Positions 9,254-18,403 are shown, counted from the first letter of the stretch. The stretch is DNA of 64,000 bases from a virus (IMGVR_UViG_3300014205_000175:138827-202826), one strand, 5' to 3'. Notes: generated from the letters alone by a model not told the origin. Translations and numbers: made by a program.

Positions 9254-10048
9254 ATGCACAGCATCAAAGTCACCAACCGTGAGCAACTCATCGAAATCAT
9301 TACCAACGCTGCTGTCAATGCCGATCTCAATCATCTCGACGTGAGCGGTATCACTGACATGAGTGGATTATTTTCATGCGGCAAGTTTACGGGCAACATC
9401 AGTGAGTGGATTGTATCTAATGTCACTGACATGAGCCATATGTTTTACAATAGCTCATTTAACGGCGACATCAGTCGATGGAACACGGCTAGCGTCACAA
9501 ACATGCACCTGATGTTTGCAGGCAGTCAGTTTAACAGCGACATCTCGGGATGGGATGTATCCAACGTTACCAACATGTCAGGCATGTTTGGCGACAGTCA
9601 GTTCAATGAGGACATCTCGCACTGGAATGTCGGTCAAGTTACCGACATGTCAGGCATGTTCTACAAGAGTCAATTCGATGGCGATATCTCACATTGGAAT
9701 ACCTCGCACATCACTAACATGCGAGCGATGCTCTCGTATAGTCAGTTCAACGGCGACATTTCACAGTGGGATGTGAGTCAAGTCACCGACATGTCTAACA
9801 TGTTTACCCTTAGTCGCTTTAATGGCGACATCTCGAAATGGGATGTTAGCAACGTTACCAATATGACCTGGATGTTTGCAGGCAGTCAGTTTAACAGCGA
9901 CATCTCGGGATGGGATGTATCCAATGTTATCGATATGCACGAGATGTTCGCAAGTAGTTCATTTACTGGCGACGTCAGCGCTTGGAACATCCGTTCCGAT
10001 GCTGATACTACCGACATGTTTGTTGAGTTCGACATATACGCTGAGTAA
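9254..10048 (+). CDS. DUF285/BspA-like repeat protein
   Basis: About ten 24-aa repeats of FNGDISxWDVSNVTxMxxMF. No signal peptide. Confidence 0.85.
   Translation: MHSIKVTNREQLIEIITNAAVNADLNHLDVSGITDMSGLFSCGKFTGNISEWIVSNVTDMSHMFYNSSFNGDISRWNTASVTNMHLMFAGSQFNSDISGWDVSNVTNMSGMFGDSQFNEDISHWNVGQVTDMSGMFYKSQFDGDISHWNTSHITNMRAMLSYSQFNGDISQWDVSQVTDMSNMFTLSRFNGDISKWDVSNVTNMTWMFAGSQFNSDISGWDVSNVIDMHEMFASSSFTGDVSAWNIRSDADTTDMFVEFDIYAE
9511..9924 (+). repeat. Identical 54-bp direct repeat (9511-9564 and 9871-9924) inside the DUF285 gene
   Basis: GATGTTTGCAGGCAGTCAGTTTAACAGCGACATCTCGGGATGGGATGTATCCAA occurs twice, 360 bp (five 72-bp units) apart. Confidence 0.9.
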
Positions 10049-10060
10049 CCATACGCAACC

Positions 10061-10090
10061 CCCTAGAGCCTATCGCTCTAGGGATTTTTT
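10061..10090 (+). terminator. Intrinsic terminator
   Basis: CCCTAGAGC-CTATC-GCTCTAGGG plus ATTTTTT. Confidence 0.7.
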
Positions 10091-10112
10091 ACCACTAACA
10101 GGAGCCTCCATC

Positions 10113-10517
10113 ATGCAAACCATCAAAGTCACCAGCCGTGAAGAACTCATCAGTATCATTCGTCAAGCGCCATTGAATGCAGATTTGAACCATCTGGACG
10201 TAAGTGCGGTCACGGACATGTCCTGTGTGTTTGCCGGTAGTCGGTTCAATGGAGACATTTCGAAGTGGAATGTATCGAACGTCACCGATATGATGGGTAT
10301 GTTTGCCGACAGTCGGTTTAACGGTGACATCTCTCAATGGGATGTATCCAGCGTCACAGACATGTCGGCAATGTTCGAATACAGTCCCTTTACTGGTGAT
10401 ATCTCCGCTTGGAACGTCCGTAACGTGACCGACATGGAGGAGATGTTTGCCCATAGCTCTTTTACTGGCGACCTCAGCAACTGGAGGCCAGATTGTTCCA
10501 CTAACGACATGTTTTAA
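10113..10517 (+). CDS. DUF285/BspA-like repeat protein, short paralogue
   Basis: Start MQTIKVTSREELI with AGGAG RBS, the same N-cap as 9254 (MHSIKVTNREQLI), about four repeats. The track start at 9876 is too far upstream. Confidence 0.85.
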   Translation: MQTIKVTSREELISIIRQAPLNADLNHLDVSAVTDMSCVFAGSRFNGDISKWNVSNVTDMMGMFADSRFNGDISQWDVSSVTDMSAMFEYSPFTGDISAWNVRNVTDMEEMFAHSSFTGDLSNWRPDCSTNDMF

Positions 10518-10595
10518 CCCGCACGCTATTCAGTTCACCCGTTTCCCCTATAGTCTAATGCCGTAGGGGTTCTATCGACACCAGGAACTTCCATC

Positions 10596-10694
10596 ATGCA
10601 CACCATCACCACCGCTTACACCCAAGGCAACGGCGTTATCCGCTCGACTGTCGTTATCACTGCGATCGTCGCCTTGGTTTTGCTGGGTCTTTAA
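10596..10694 (+). CDS. Putative 32-aa membrane microprotein
   Basis: MHTITTAYTQGNGVIRSTVVITAIVALVLLGL. Upstream context CAGGAACTTCCATC-ATG resembles that of the DUF285 genes. Confidence 0.5.
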   Translation: MHTITTAYTQGNGVIRSTVVITAIVALVLLGL

Positions 10695-10758
10695 TGTGTC
10701 GGGGACACTAGCTGTCCCTGTGGTATCAGTAGCGAAAAAAGAAAGGGAGGATATTCCG

Positions 10759-11421
10759 ATGACTAAGTTTAGCACGTGTGTTTGGCTCGCATTTATCTGG
10801 GGTGCACTACTGGCTCTGAGCTGGAACGATCATGTCGAACACGAACGCGATCAGGACAAAACTTACCAACTCGCCGAATCTTCTAGCGACACCCGTCCGA
10901 TCACCTATGTTGAAGAACCGCTGGTGTTTACTAAACCTCAAGCCAGGGTCAAGCCGACAGTGAGCAGGAACACAGCAGCAAAATCACCCACGCAACATAA
11001 ACTCGCCCTGGCCATCACTAAGGTCTACAGGGCAGTCGAGTACGAGACGGCACAGCGCATCGTTGAACTCACCCACCAGCACGCTAGAAAGCATAATCTT
11101 AACCCGATGCTCATGATAGGGCTGATTGCGGCTGAGTCGAGCTTTAATCGTAACGCCGTCTCTCCGGTGGGTGCAATCGGCTACACGCAAGTGCTACCGA
11201 AGTGGCATCAGGAGAAGATCCGTGGGCGCGATCTCAGAGATGTACGCGTGTCTATCGAAGTAGGCGCTCAAGTGCTGAAAGACTGTTTCGACAGACGCGG
11301 GAACACCAAAATGGCGCTGGCATGCTACAACGGCGCTCAGCGCAAGAAGGACATCGAGGAATACTACACGATGGTCATGGATCGTAAAGATCGTATCACT
11401 ACAGTGATGCAAAACATCTAA
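10759..11421 (+). CDS. Membrane-anchored SLT-family lytic transglycosylase
   Basis: N-terminal TM segment, catalytic IAAESSFN, GAIGYTQV, ALACYNG. GGAGG RBS before 10759. Confidence 0.85.
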   Translation: MTKFSTCVWLAFIWGALLALSWNDHVEHERDQDKTYQLAESSSDTRPITYVEEPLVFTKPQARVKPTVSRNTAAKSPTQHKLALAITKVYRAVEYETAQRIVELTHQHARKHNLNPMLMIGLIAAESSFNRNAVSPVGAIGYTQVLPKWHQEKIRGRDLRDVRVSIEVGAQVLKDCFDRRGNTKMALACYNGAQRKKDIEEYYTMVMDRKDRITTVMQNI

Positions 11422-11433
11422 AAGAGGACCAGC

Positions 11434-12213
11434 ATGCTGAATGCAGAGCACCGAAAAGTATTTGAAGAGATGGTGACTAAGGCTCATCAACGCATTGAGA
11501 AAAATGATCAAGGTAACTACATAGATAAAAATGTTAGAACCTTGTGGCGTGGTTTTAAGATGGGCGTAAAAGCTAGCGAAACCATTAAATCTCGGTACCG
11601 AACAGTATGGGTGGTGGCACGGATACAGGACGATAGGTCCTATAGTTTTAGCCTTAATCCTTACCGACACCTCAGTGAACTTGAGGCTATGAACGAAGCA
11701 TCTCGTTTGACTTCAATTCATCAAGCGCGCTTCGCTGTGTTCAGACGCATCCATATCACATCTGCAACACAGCAGTCCGTTGTCGAATCCGTATCGTCTG
11801 CGATGTCGATGGACGATGTATTTCCTGATTATCAGGACGGACATTGTCATGTACTTGCCATCGCACTACACCAAAGGTATGGTTACGACCTGTACGCCAT
11901 TGCAGAAGACCGAGAATATCCGGATGGTGCTGCCTTGGGACTCATTCATGCTTACTGTCTTACTGATATGAGTGATGCTGTCGATGCCAGTGGTATGATT
12001 GACGTAGCAACGATGCATGAAAGATATTTGCCTTTGGGTAATAACCCGATGGTAATGAGACTTACCAGCGAAGAATTGTGGTGGTTGGCAGAGGGTGATG
12101 TGGCGATCGATCTAAAGGCGATAACGAGAGCGCATCGATATATCGACGAGATGATCGCCACCAGTAACGCATCTGTCATTTTTAAAAGGAGTAATGCCTA
12201 TGTGTTCGCCTAA
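11434..12213 (+). CDS. Two-domain hypothetical protein; C-terminal domain has a possible Cys-His-Asp triad
   Basis: GHCHVLAIAL...IHAYC...VDASG. Confidence 0.6.
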   Translation: MLNAEHRKVFEEMVTKAHQRIEKNDQGNYIDKNVRTLWRGFKMGVKASETIKSRYRTVWVVARIQDDRSYSFSLNPYRHLSELEAMNEASRLTSIHQARFAVFRRIHITSATQQSVVESVSSAMSMDDVFPDYQDGHCHVLAIALHQRYGYDLYAIAEDREYPDGAALGLIHAYCLTDMSDAVDASGMIDVATMHERYLPLGNNPMVMRLTSEELWWLAEGDVAIDLKAITRAHRYIDEMIATSNASVIFKRSNAYVFA

Positions 12214-12886
12214 GAAGCCTGTTCCGGTTACCCCCGAAGAACAAGACATCGCTTTGGTGCGTAAAGACCCTCATGCACTAAAGCATCTCAGCAGCCAAAC
12301 TCCTGCTGTGTGTTTGGCTGCAGTGCGTCAGAACGGACTGACTCTCATGTACGTCAAGGAACAAACGCCTGAGATCTGCATGGCAGCGATCAAAGAAGAA
12401 CCAGCAGCGTTGCGTTATGTGCATGAACAAACCCTGGAGCTTTGCCTAGAAGCGGTCGCGACCAATCCTTCGATAGTCGTCTATGTGAACAACCCGACCG
12501 AAGAGTTCTGGACGAAGGCTCTCAAGCGTGACGGCATGCTGCTGAAATTCGCACCTCTGCAGTTTCATCGACTGAGTCTGATCGCCGTACAGCAAAACGG
12601 CCTGACACTGAAGTTCGTCCGACAGCAAACCCCGGAGATCTGTAAGGCAGCAGTCGAACAAAACTCTTTCGCCCTGCGATACGTCCGTGACCAAACCTAC
12701 GAGTTATGCCTCTCGGCTGCGCTCCGTAGTCCGTACGTGTTGGAGATGATAAATGAGGAAGAAATCTATGAGCAGGTCTGTAAAGCTATCCACGATAACA
12801 AAACCACTGCTAACGTACGATCTGTCATCGTTGAGCAACACACACAACTCTACTTAAACCCTAGGAACCATCTATGCGAGTGTTGA
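12194..12886 (+). CDS. DUF4116 repeat protein
   Basis: Repeats of QTPEICxAAVxQNGxxLxYV. Confidence 0.8.
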   Translation: MPMCSPKKPVPVTPEEQDIALVRKDPHALKHLSSQTPAVCLAAVRQNGLTLMYVKEQTPEICMAAIKEEPAALRYVHEQTLELCLEAVATNPSIVVYVNNPTEEFWTKALKRDGMLLKFAPLQFHRLSLIAVQQNGLTLKFVRQQTPEICKAAVEQNSFALRYVRDQTYELCLSAALRSPYVLEMINEEEIYEQVCKAIHDNKTTANVRSVIVEQHTQLYLNPRNHLCEC

Positions 12887-13644
12887 ACAAATACAAGGAC
12901 GCCAAAAGCTGGACTACGGTCTATATCGGTAGGGGCTCGGTGTTTGGTAACCCTTACGTCATCGGTGAACACGGCACGCGTGAAGCCGTCATCGCGATGT
13001 ACGACAAATGGCTGACGAACAAAATCCTTCAGCGTGACGTCATAATGCTGGGTGCTTTGAGGCAACTCACCAAAGATTCGGACCTGATGTGTTTTTGTAA
13101 ACCGGTACCGTGTCACGGTGATGTCATCCAACGCATCTGGGAGGAGATCAGTAGTCACGAGACATGGGATGCTGGCGTGGATGCTTTTATCGCTCGTCAC
13201 GGTAAAAACTACCTGCCCGTTAACGATGGGGTCGATCACATCAACGTTTATAGCCGCGGCAACACCGAGCTCGGACGCTGGTTATCTAACTTTGCCCGCG
13301 CACCGTTCATACACCCCCTATACGGGGTTTTCGAGAGCATCGAAGGGTTCTGGTACTGGCTCGGTACTGGTAAGAGTGTAGAGGCTCTAAGAGGCACTCA
13401 CGGGCTAGCGGCTAAACGTCTCGGTAAACAATACCTCAAAGTCCCGTGTGACAATTTCGAAGAAGAGATCCGTCAAGCCATCACCTATAAGCTAGAGCAA
13501 CATCCGCAATATCTGAAGATGTTGCGCGAGAGCTCGTTGCCACTGGCTCATTACTATTACTACGGTGAGCCTGAAAACTGCAAGATTATCACTATGCCTC
13601 AGTTCGATTGGATCATCGAACACCTAGAACACCAGCGTGTTTAA
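12874..13644 (+). CDS. DUF4326 and NADAR-like fusion protein
   Basis: N-terminal VYIGRGSVFGNPY...LMCFCKPVPCHGDVI (DUF4326). C-terminal LSNFARAPF...FESIEGFW...GLAAKRLG (T4 gp30.3-type NADAR pattern). Confidence 0.75.
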   Translation: MRVLNKYKDAKSWTTVYIGRGSVFGNPYVIGEHGTREAVIAMYDKWLTNKILQRDVIMLGALRQLTKDSDLMCFCKPVPCHGDVIQRIWEEISSHETWDAGVDAFIARHGKNYLPVNDGVDHINVYSRGNTELGRWLSNFARAPFIHPLYGVFESIEGFWYWLGTGKSVEALRGTHGLAAKRLGKQYLKVPCDNFEEEIRQAITYKLEQHPQYLKMLRESSLPLAHYYYYGEPENCKIITMPQFDWIIEHLEHQRV

Positions 13645-13645
13645 G

Positions 13646-13699
13646 GCACTTCCCTCTTCTCCCTACCTGGCAGATGCCGGTAGGGAGAAGAGAGGGTGC
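13646..13699. terminator. Long hairpin between convergent genes
   Basis: CCCTCTTCTCCCTACC...GGTAGGGAGAAGAG inverted repeat with a T-rich tail on the + strand. Confidence 0.7.
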
Positions 13700-13700
13700 T

Positions 13701-14057
13701 TTATTTTTTGCTATCGGAATGAAACTGCTGCTCCACTGATGCTGCGATGTTGGACTTACGTCGGTTTTCTTCATCGGCTGAGCGATTGAGCATATCGACA
13801 ACATCAACCGGCATCTCCAAGTATTCGGCGATGCTTAGTCCATAGATCTCACGGATGTTTTTGGCGATGTAGATACGCAGTATCGTCTCCATGAGACTGC
13901 CATCATTGGGATTTTCAACATCATGAAATGCAACACTCGATAGTGGTTTGGCGATTGCTTGTTTGAAATGGTTGTGTACACCATACTCGACATCATAAGC
14001 ACTACCCAACACAATAGCGCTATCGACGGCATTGAGTTTGGGTAGCTTCTTGAACAT
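13701..14057 (-). CDS. Hypothetical protein; probable C-terminal T part of a -1 frameshift fusion with 14123-15655
   Basis: The frame stays open upstream to the T7 run at 14166-14172. IYGLSIAEYLEMP resembles tail/baseplate chaperone T domains. Confidence 0.7.
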   Translation of the reverse strand: MFKKLPKLNAVDSAIVLGSAYDVEYGVHNHFKQAIAKPLSSVAFHDVENPNDGSLMETILRIYIAKNIREIYGLSIAEYLEMPVDVVDMLNRSADEENRRKSNIAASVEQQFHSDSKK

Positions 14058-14119
14058 CTCACCGATAAAGCTGTACCAGTCTACATCCAGTCCGAAACCT
14101 GGTACAGCGATATGACGTC

Positions 14120-14171
14120 CACTCAGCGAGTCGCTATTCTCTGAATTCGCTGAGTGATGAGGCCGAAAAAA
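14120..14171 (-). promoter_or_regulatory. Putative -1 programmed ribosomal frameshift signal
   Basis: In-frame slippery heptamer T TTT TTC (14171-14165), 8-nt spacer, perfect 10-bp stem CACTCAGCGA (14156-14147)/TCGCTGAGTG (14129-14120). Confidence 0.75.
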
Positions 14172-15655
14172 AGCTGGATCACATCCAACGGGATGATGTT
14201 AACAAATGCATCATTGATGGTGTTTTCTTTTTGCTCCGTATGACATACCGGGCAGTCGTAAGTAGGAATGCCAACTACTGCCAGCGTGCTATCATTGATA
14301 TACTTGACCACGGCTTCAATGAACTTTTCACGCACCCGATCATCTGCCGACATCACATCCAGCGTCATCTCGATGGTTTCGCGATCATCGATGACGTTGC
14401 TATCGAGTTCGATCGATTCGATCCAGTGGGCATACTGGCGCATTGAAGTAGCCTGCGCATACCGTTGGATGATGAGGTTACGTTCTTCATCATTGGCAGT
14501 AGTATTGATGCTCGTAGTGATCTTATCAACGATGCCAGAAATCCAACGATGGCCTTCGTTGACATACTGCGTGACCGTCGGCGATTTGAGAGTGACATGT
14601 AGCTCTGAATCTGTGAACGCATCCGAGAGTGAGACACGACGGTTTTTCAGTCCTAGCATCTCATCCCGGTACTTCTTCACGCTACTGAGATCACGACCGA
14701 ACGGTTGACGCAGTGCCATGTGAGATTTCTGCCACTCAGTTAGAGCATTGCTGTTGGTCCACAGTAGTTTACTCAGATTCAGCCGTTCCTCAACGACGTG
14801 GTTGCATTTTTCTGGATTGGTCAGACAGCCACGTTGGTACTGAAAGCCTTTCGGGTACATCGTACAAGCAAAACCCCACACCAGTGTGAATAGATCTTGC
14901 ACTGCGATATGGTCCCGGATATTCGAAATCGGCAGTTCCTCGTTACGTACCGTAGTGGTGTAGATATGCGAAGCGATGAAATCCATCAGGTAATCGACAG
15001 TGTAGCTCGTCGTATTCGAATACACCAGACCGTAGGTGAAACGACCCATGCGGATTTTCTCCGACACCAGTAGTCGGTTAAGCTCGATGATCTCAGCTTC
15101 AGTGGGTGGTTTGAGCGTAACCCAAATACCGCTATGCCATAGCGGCACTTGGAACGTCGTGCCCAACCCCAGCTGACGAATCACCCTCAGTACCGCTCGC
15201 TCGCCTTTGAGGTTCTCGTTTTCCGTCTGTTTGATCTTGGGTGCCTGAGCACTATAACGCTGACCGTTAAAGTCCACTGATTGTTTGTAAAGAGCGCTGA
15301 CGTTTTCCATGGTAGGCACGAAAGCCTTGGCAAACGTATTATACTCTAGGCCACCAGCCACTACATCAGCCCATTTACGCGAATCGGGATTATCGAGTAG
15401 GTTGATATTAGGAGTATCTTCGAGAAGCTGACGAGCTACCGAGTCCAGATTAGACGGCAGAGGTAGCGTGAGATCATTGTCATCCCAGTTTGTCGCTGTA
15501 CTGACAGCTTCCTCTTGCACTGCTTTATGGCGGATCGGTACAGATTTATCTTCTTCGACTGCTATCTCAGGTTCTACTTGAGGCACCGGGCTCTCATAGA
15601 CTTCATCGGTTTCAACCGTATTTTCTACTTCGCTAGCACAGCTTTCTTGATTCAT
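14123..15655 (-). CDS. Conserved jumbo phage protein (phiKZ gp77-like by synteny); candidate tail/baseplate assembly chaperone
   Basis: 510 aa, two Cys pairs (CLTNPEKC, CPVC), ends ...QLFF at the slippery site. Loosely resembles T4 gp26/gp51-type hub assembly proteins. Confidence 0.65.
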   Translation of the reverse strand: MNQESCASEVENTVETDEVYESPVPQVEPEIAVEEDKSVPIRHKAVQEEAVSTATNWDDNDLTLPLPSNLDSVARQLLEDTPNINLLDNPDSRKWADVVAGGLEYNTFAKAFVPTMENVSALYKQSVDFNGQRYSAQAPKIKQTENENLKGERAVLRVIRQLGLGTTFQVPLWHSGIWVTLKPPTEAEIIELNRLLVSEKIRMGRFTYGLVYSNTTSYTVDYLMDFIASHIYTTTVRNEELPISNIRDHIAVQDLFTLVWGFACTMYPKGFQYQRGCLTNPEKCNHVVEERLNLSKLLWTNSNALTEWQKSHMALRQPFGRDLSSVKKYRDEMLGLKNRRVSLSDAFTDSELHVTLKSPTVTQYVNEGHRWISGIVDKITTSINTTANDEERNLIIQRYAQATSMRQYAHWIESIELDSNVIDDRETIEMTLDVMSADDRVREKFIEAVVKYINDSTLAVVGIPTYDCPVCHTEQKENTINDAFVNIIPLDVIQLFFGLITQRIQRIATR

Positions 15656-16149
15656 TTGGGTTCTCCGGATTTGGAACGGTTGATAGCTTCCATCGCCATG
15701 TCAGTGATAGACAGCACAGTTTGGAAACTCAGGGATTTGAAGTTATCGAAAAACTCGGTATAAAGACCATAGATGCTAAAGGCCGCAGCGAGCTCATCTT
15801 CGGTAGTGATATTACCGCTACGTTGGCTATGCATCGCGTGGATGGCGATGAGTTGATTAGTAAAGAGATCAATGTCACGCTTAAAACCATCGACCGCCAC
15901 GCGGAACTCGGAGGGGTTAGTTACGTAGTTCATCAGGTTCGGGTAGTTAACGAGTTCGGTGACGGAACTCAGCGTCTCGTAGATCCCGGTGGCGCATTTC
16001 TGATACAGGTCTTCGAGTTCACTCCAGGACTGCGATAGGTCCTGGCGCGGAGCAGTGCCACGGTAGGTATCACTAATAGCTGCTGCAGTTGTTTTGGCAA
16101 CAGGGATGACAGCTTTCTTCGCTGCCGGTTTAAGGGTTTTGCTAACCAT
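15652..16149 (-). CDS. Hypothetical helical protein
   Basis: 165 aa, GGAG RBS, stop overlaps the next start (ATGA). Confidence 0.7.
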   Translation of the reverse strand: MVSKTLKPAAKKAVIPVAKTTAAAISDTYRGTAPRQDLSQSWSELEDLYQKCATGIYETLSSVTELVNYPNLMNYVTNPSEFRVAVDGFKRDIDLFTNQLIAIHAMHSQRSGNITTEDELAAAFSIYGLYTEFFDNFKSLSFQTVLSITDMAMEAINRSKSGEPK

Positions 16150-16236
16150 GATTAAAAATCTCCAAAGGTGAAATGATGTGGTGCTTCCAGCTAATATGGA
16201 CTAGCTAATTTTTTTAACTTTAAGTGTGAGGTAGTT

Positions 16237-17097
16237 ATGTTGGACAATGATGTATACGAATTCATTATGAGTCATTATCCGCCGGGTCAAGCTGATGAGA
16301 TGTTAAGAAGTTTTGAACTACTGTTCGCCTATGGTTTGAAATATCCCGATAGCGAATTTGCTGAGTTGGCAGTAACCTCGGATAACTATACTCAAGATGC
16401 CATCGTAGATCTTTTTAGCTACAAACTACGAACCGCGCTCGATCGACTACTGGAAGAACATGCGTTATATCTGAAACCTGAAACTAGTCTTGAAACATGT
16501 AATGAGATTGTCGCTGGGGTATTTCTACTACAGAACCTAGCCGACTATTCGATGGTAGCTGAGATTCTAGAATCTTATCTCGATCATGAAGAGCAACTCA
16601 TTGCTATCCTCGGCTATGTCAGCGCTCTTAACGATATCCAGTTAGCAGATGCATTTTCTAAGACTGACGGGGTATTTCTCACAGCACTACGTAACTTCAT
16701 TACACAACGCTCAGTCACGCCTGCTGTTGAGCATAGCGATGACGAAGGTCCGTTACTAGTGAAGTTAAAACGATTTCGTCAATTTATCGACAGTAACAGT
16801 GCCCTTGGTATCACGTTACTCGAAGATGGTGTGCCGTGTGCTCTGCCGTTAGAACAATATCTAGGGCATCTACAGCACCTCGATCAAACTACCCTGGCAT
16901 TACCGCAGCTGGCTTTGGATATATTGTCAGTGCTATTGCTCTCGCCCGATAGTTATCAGCTACCATTACTTGCCTATCGCAAACATAGTCACGGGTTTAT
17001 TACGGATCTGACTACCATCTCCCAGGTGGATGCTATTATCACGCATATCCTCAACGATTTTGAACGCTACCGTCTGGATGGAGTCTCTCATGAATAA
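16237..17097 (+). CDS. Hypothetical protein upstream of the vRNAP subunit
   Basis: 286 aa, GAGG RBS, overlaps the start of the next gene. Confidence 0.7.
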   Translation: MLDNDVYEFIMSHYPPGQADEMLRSFELLFAYGLKYPDSEFAELAVTSDNYTQDAIVDLFSYKLRTALDRLLEEHALYLKPETSLETCNEIVAGVFLLQNLADYSMVAEILESYLDHEEQLIAILGYVSALNDIQLADAFSKTDGVFLTALRNFITQRSVTPAVEHSDDEGPLLVKLKRFRQFIDSNSALGITLLEDGVPCALPLEQYLGHLQHLDQTTLALPQLALDILSVLLLSPDSYQLPLLAYRKHSHGFITDLTTISQVDAIITHILNDFERYRLDGVSHE

Positions 17098-18403
17098 GTA
17101 TGATTATCTATTGCAGGTTTTTCAGCACGGAGCATATAGACATAAGAGTTGGGTAATCGCAGCTACTTCGATCGTACAAGAGAATCTCACAGACTATCAA
17201 CGTGATCCTTACCCGTGTCGGCTAGTGCAAACCCCTACGGGTTATAGTTTTGTCGATCCGACTAACCCTGAGCAACTCATCCCGATCGAAGATGCTCCTG
17301 CTGGCCAACCATTGGTGCAGTTCAAAGAACCACTACAGGTTGATCCACGCTGGGCTGAGAACATCACTACTACCATAGATACTACTTTCGGTAATGCTCT
17401 AGTCAATTCGATTACGATCGCCGATGTGTTCGGTAAAAAACTACCGTATCTGGAAGGCAAAGTCACGGTCGATAGAGTCGAAACATTGATTGCATCACGG
17501 CTACGTGATACTCCTGTGAGCATCGATAAACGGGAAGATCGATACATCTATGTAGATGAGTATCTACGTTACATTGATCGCTTGCAATACCTAGCTTCAT
17601 TGTCATCGGTATGTGTGTGGTCAGCTACGCGTAAAAATATCGTTGCTCCAGTAGGCATCCAGCAGTATCGCGATCAGCTGGTTAAAGAGTACGGCGATCA
17701 ACTGCGCGATCCCTCCCGTTTAGCAGAGTTCGAGAAAAAACTACGCGATTACGATAGCGAGTATCTCAAAGGTGATCCGAGCGATGGTGTGTTTATCACA
17801 GGTAAAGTTAAAAACATCGCACGTAAAAAAATGTATCTAAGTATCGGAAACGAGAGTAGCTTTACTCAGACGACTACTGCAACACCGATTATTCAGTCTT
17901 TGGAAGAAGGCTGGCCAACTGACCCGACAGAATATACTGCATTGATGAACGGTTTGCGATTTGGTTCATTTGCTCGCGGTGCTGAGACTGTCAACGGCGG
18001 AGTGACGGCTAAGTCGCTACTGCGCTCACTCGGTAGTTACACTATTACTATGGATGATTGCGGTTCTAGTTTAGGACTTACACGTTGCTTTACTGACGAC
18101 GATTATGAGCTACTCATCGATCGTTACATCTATGAAGCTGGTAAATTAGTTCTAGTAGAGTCAGATTCTATGGCACGTGCATATATAGGACGTGACGTAA
18201 TCATGCGTTCACCACTTTACTGTCAGTCGAAGGCAGAGAGTTTCTGTCGTTACTGCGTTGGAGAAAAGCTGGCTAGTAACCCTAATGGATTGAGTCTAGC
18301 AGTAACTGACGTATCGGCAGTTATTCTCGCTTCGTTCATGAAACTAATGCACGGTACGGTTTTGGCATCAGCACATTTTGATTATGAAGTAGGATTAACC
18401 TGA
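17090..18403 (+). CDS. Virion RNA polymerase beta' subunit, C-terminal part (phiKZ gp80-like)
   Basis: SLEEGW...RFGSFARGAETVNGG, DDCGS, MRSPLYC...FCRYCVG, FMKLMHG. Start at 17090 (GGAG RBS). Confidence 0.88.
   Translation: MNKYDYLLQVFQHGAYRHKSWVIAATSIVQENLTDYQRDPYPCRLVQTPTGYSFVDPTNPEQLIPIEDAPAGQPLVQFKEPLQVDPRWAENITTTIDTTFGNALVNSITIADVFGKKLPYLEGKVTVDRVETLIASRLRDTPVSIDKREDRYIYVDEYLRYIDRLQYLASLSSVCVWSATRKNIVAPVGIQQYRDQLVKEYGDQLRDPSRLAEFEKKLRDYDSEYLKGDPSDGVFITGKVKNIARKKMYLSIGNESSFTQTTTATPIIQSLEEGWPTDPTEYTALMNGLRFGSFARGAETVNGGVTAKSLLRSLGSYTITMDDCGSSLGLTRCFTDDDYELLIDRYIYEAGKLVLVESDSMARAYIGRDVIMRSPLYCQSKAESFCRYCVGEKLASNPNGLSLAVTDVSAVILASFMKLMHGTVLASAHFDYEVGLT

Noticed and set aside
9876-10112. Upstream extensions of track ORFs (9876, 10696, 17030, 32959, 34607, 61086)
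   Set aside because: They overlap upstream genes or hairpins, or lack an RBS. Downstream starts with clear RBSs fit better.
9254-10517. Periodic repeats as a CRISPR array or a DGR template/variable pair
   Set aside because: The repeats are in-frame 72-bp coding units without unique spacers. The 54-bp copies are identical rather than adenine-mutated, and no cas or reverse transcriptase gene is in the window.
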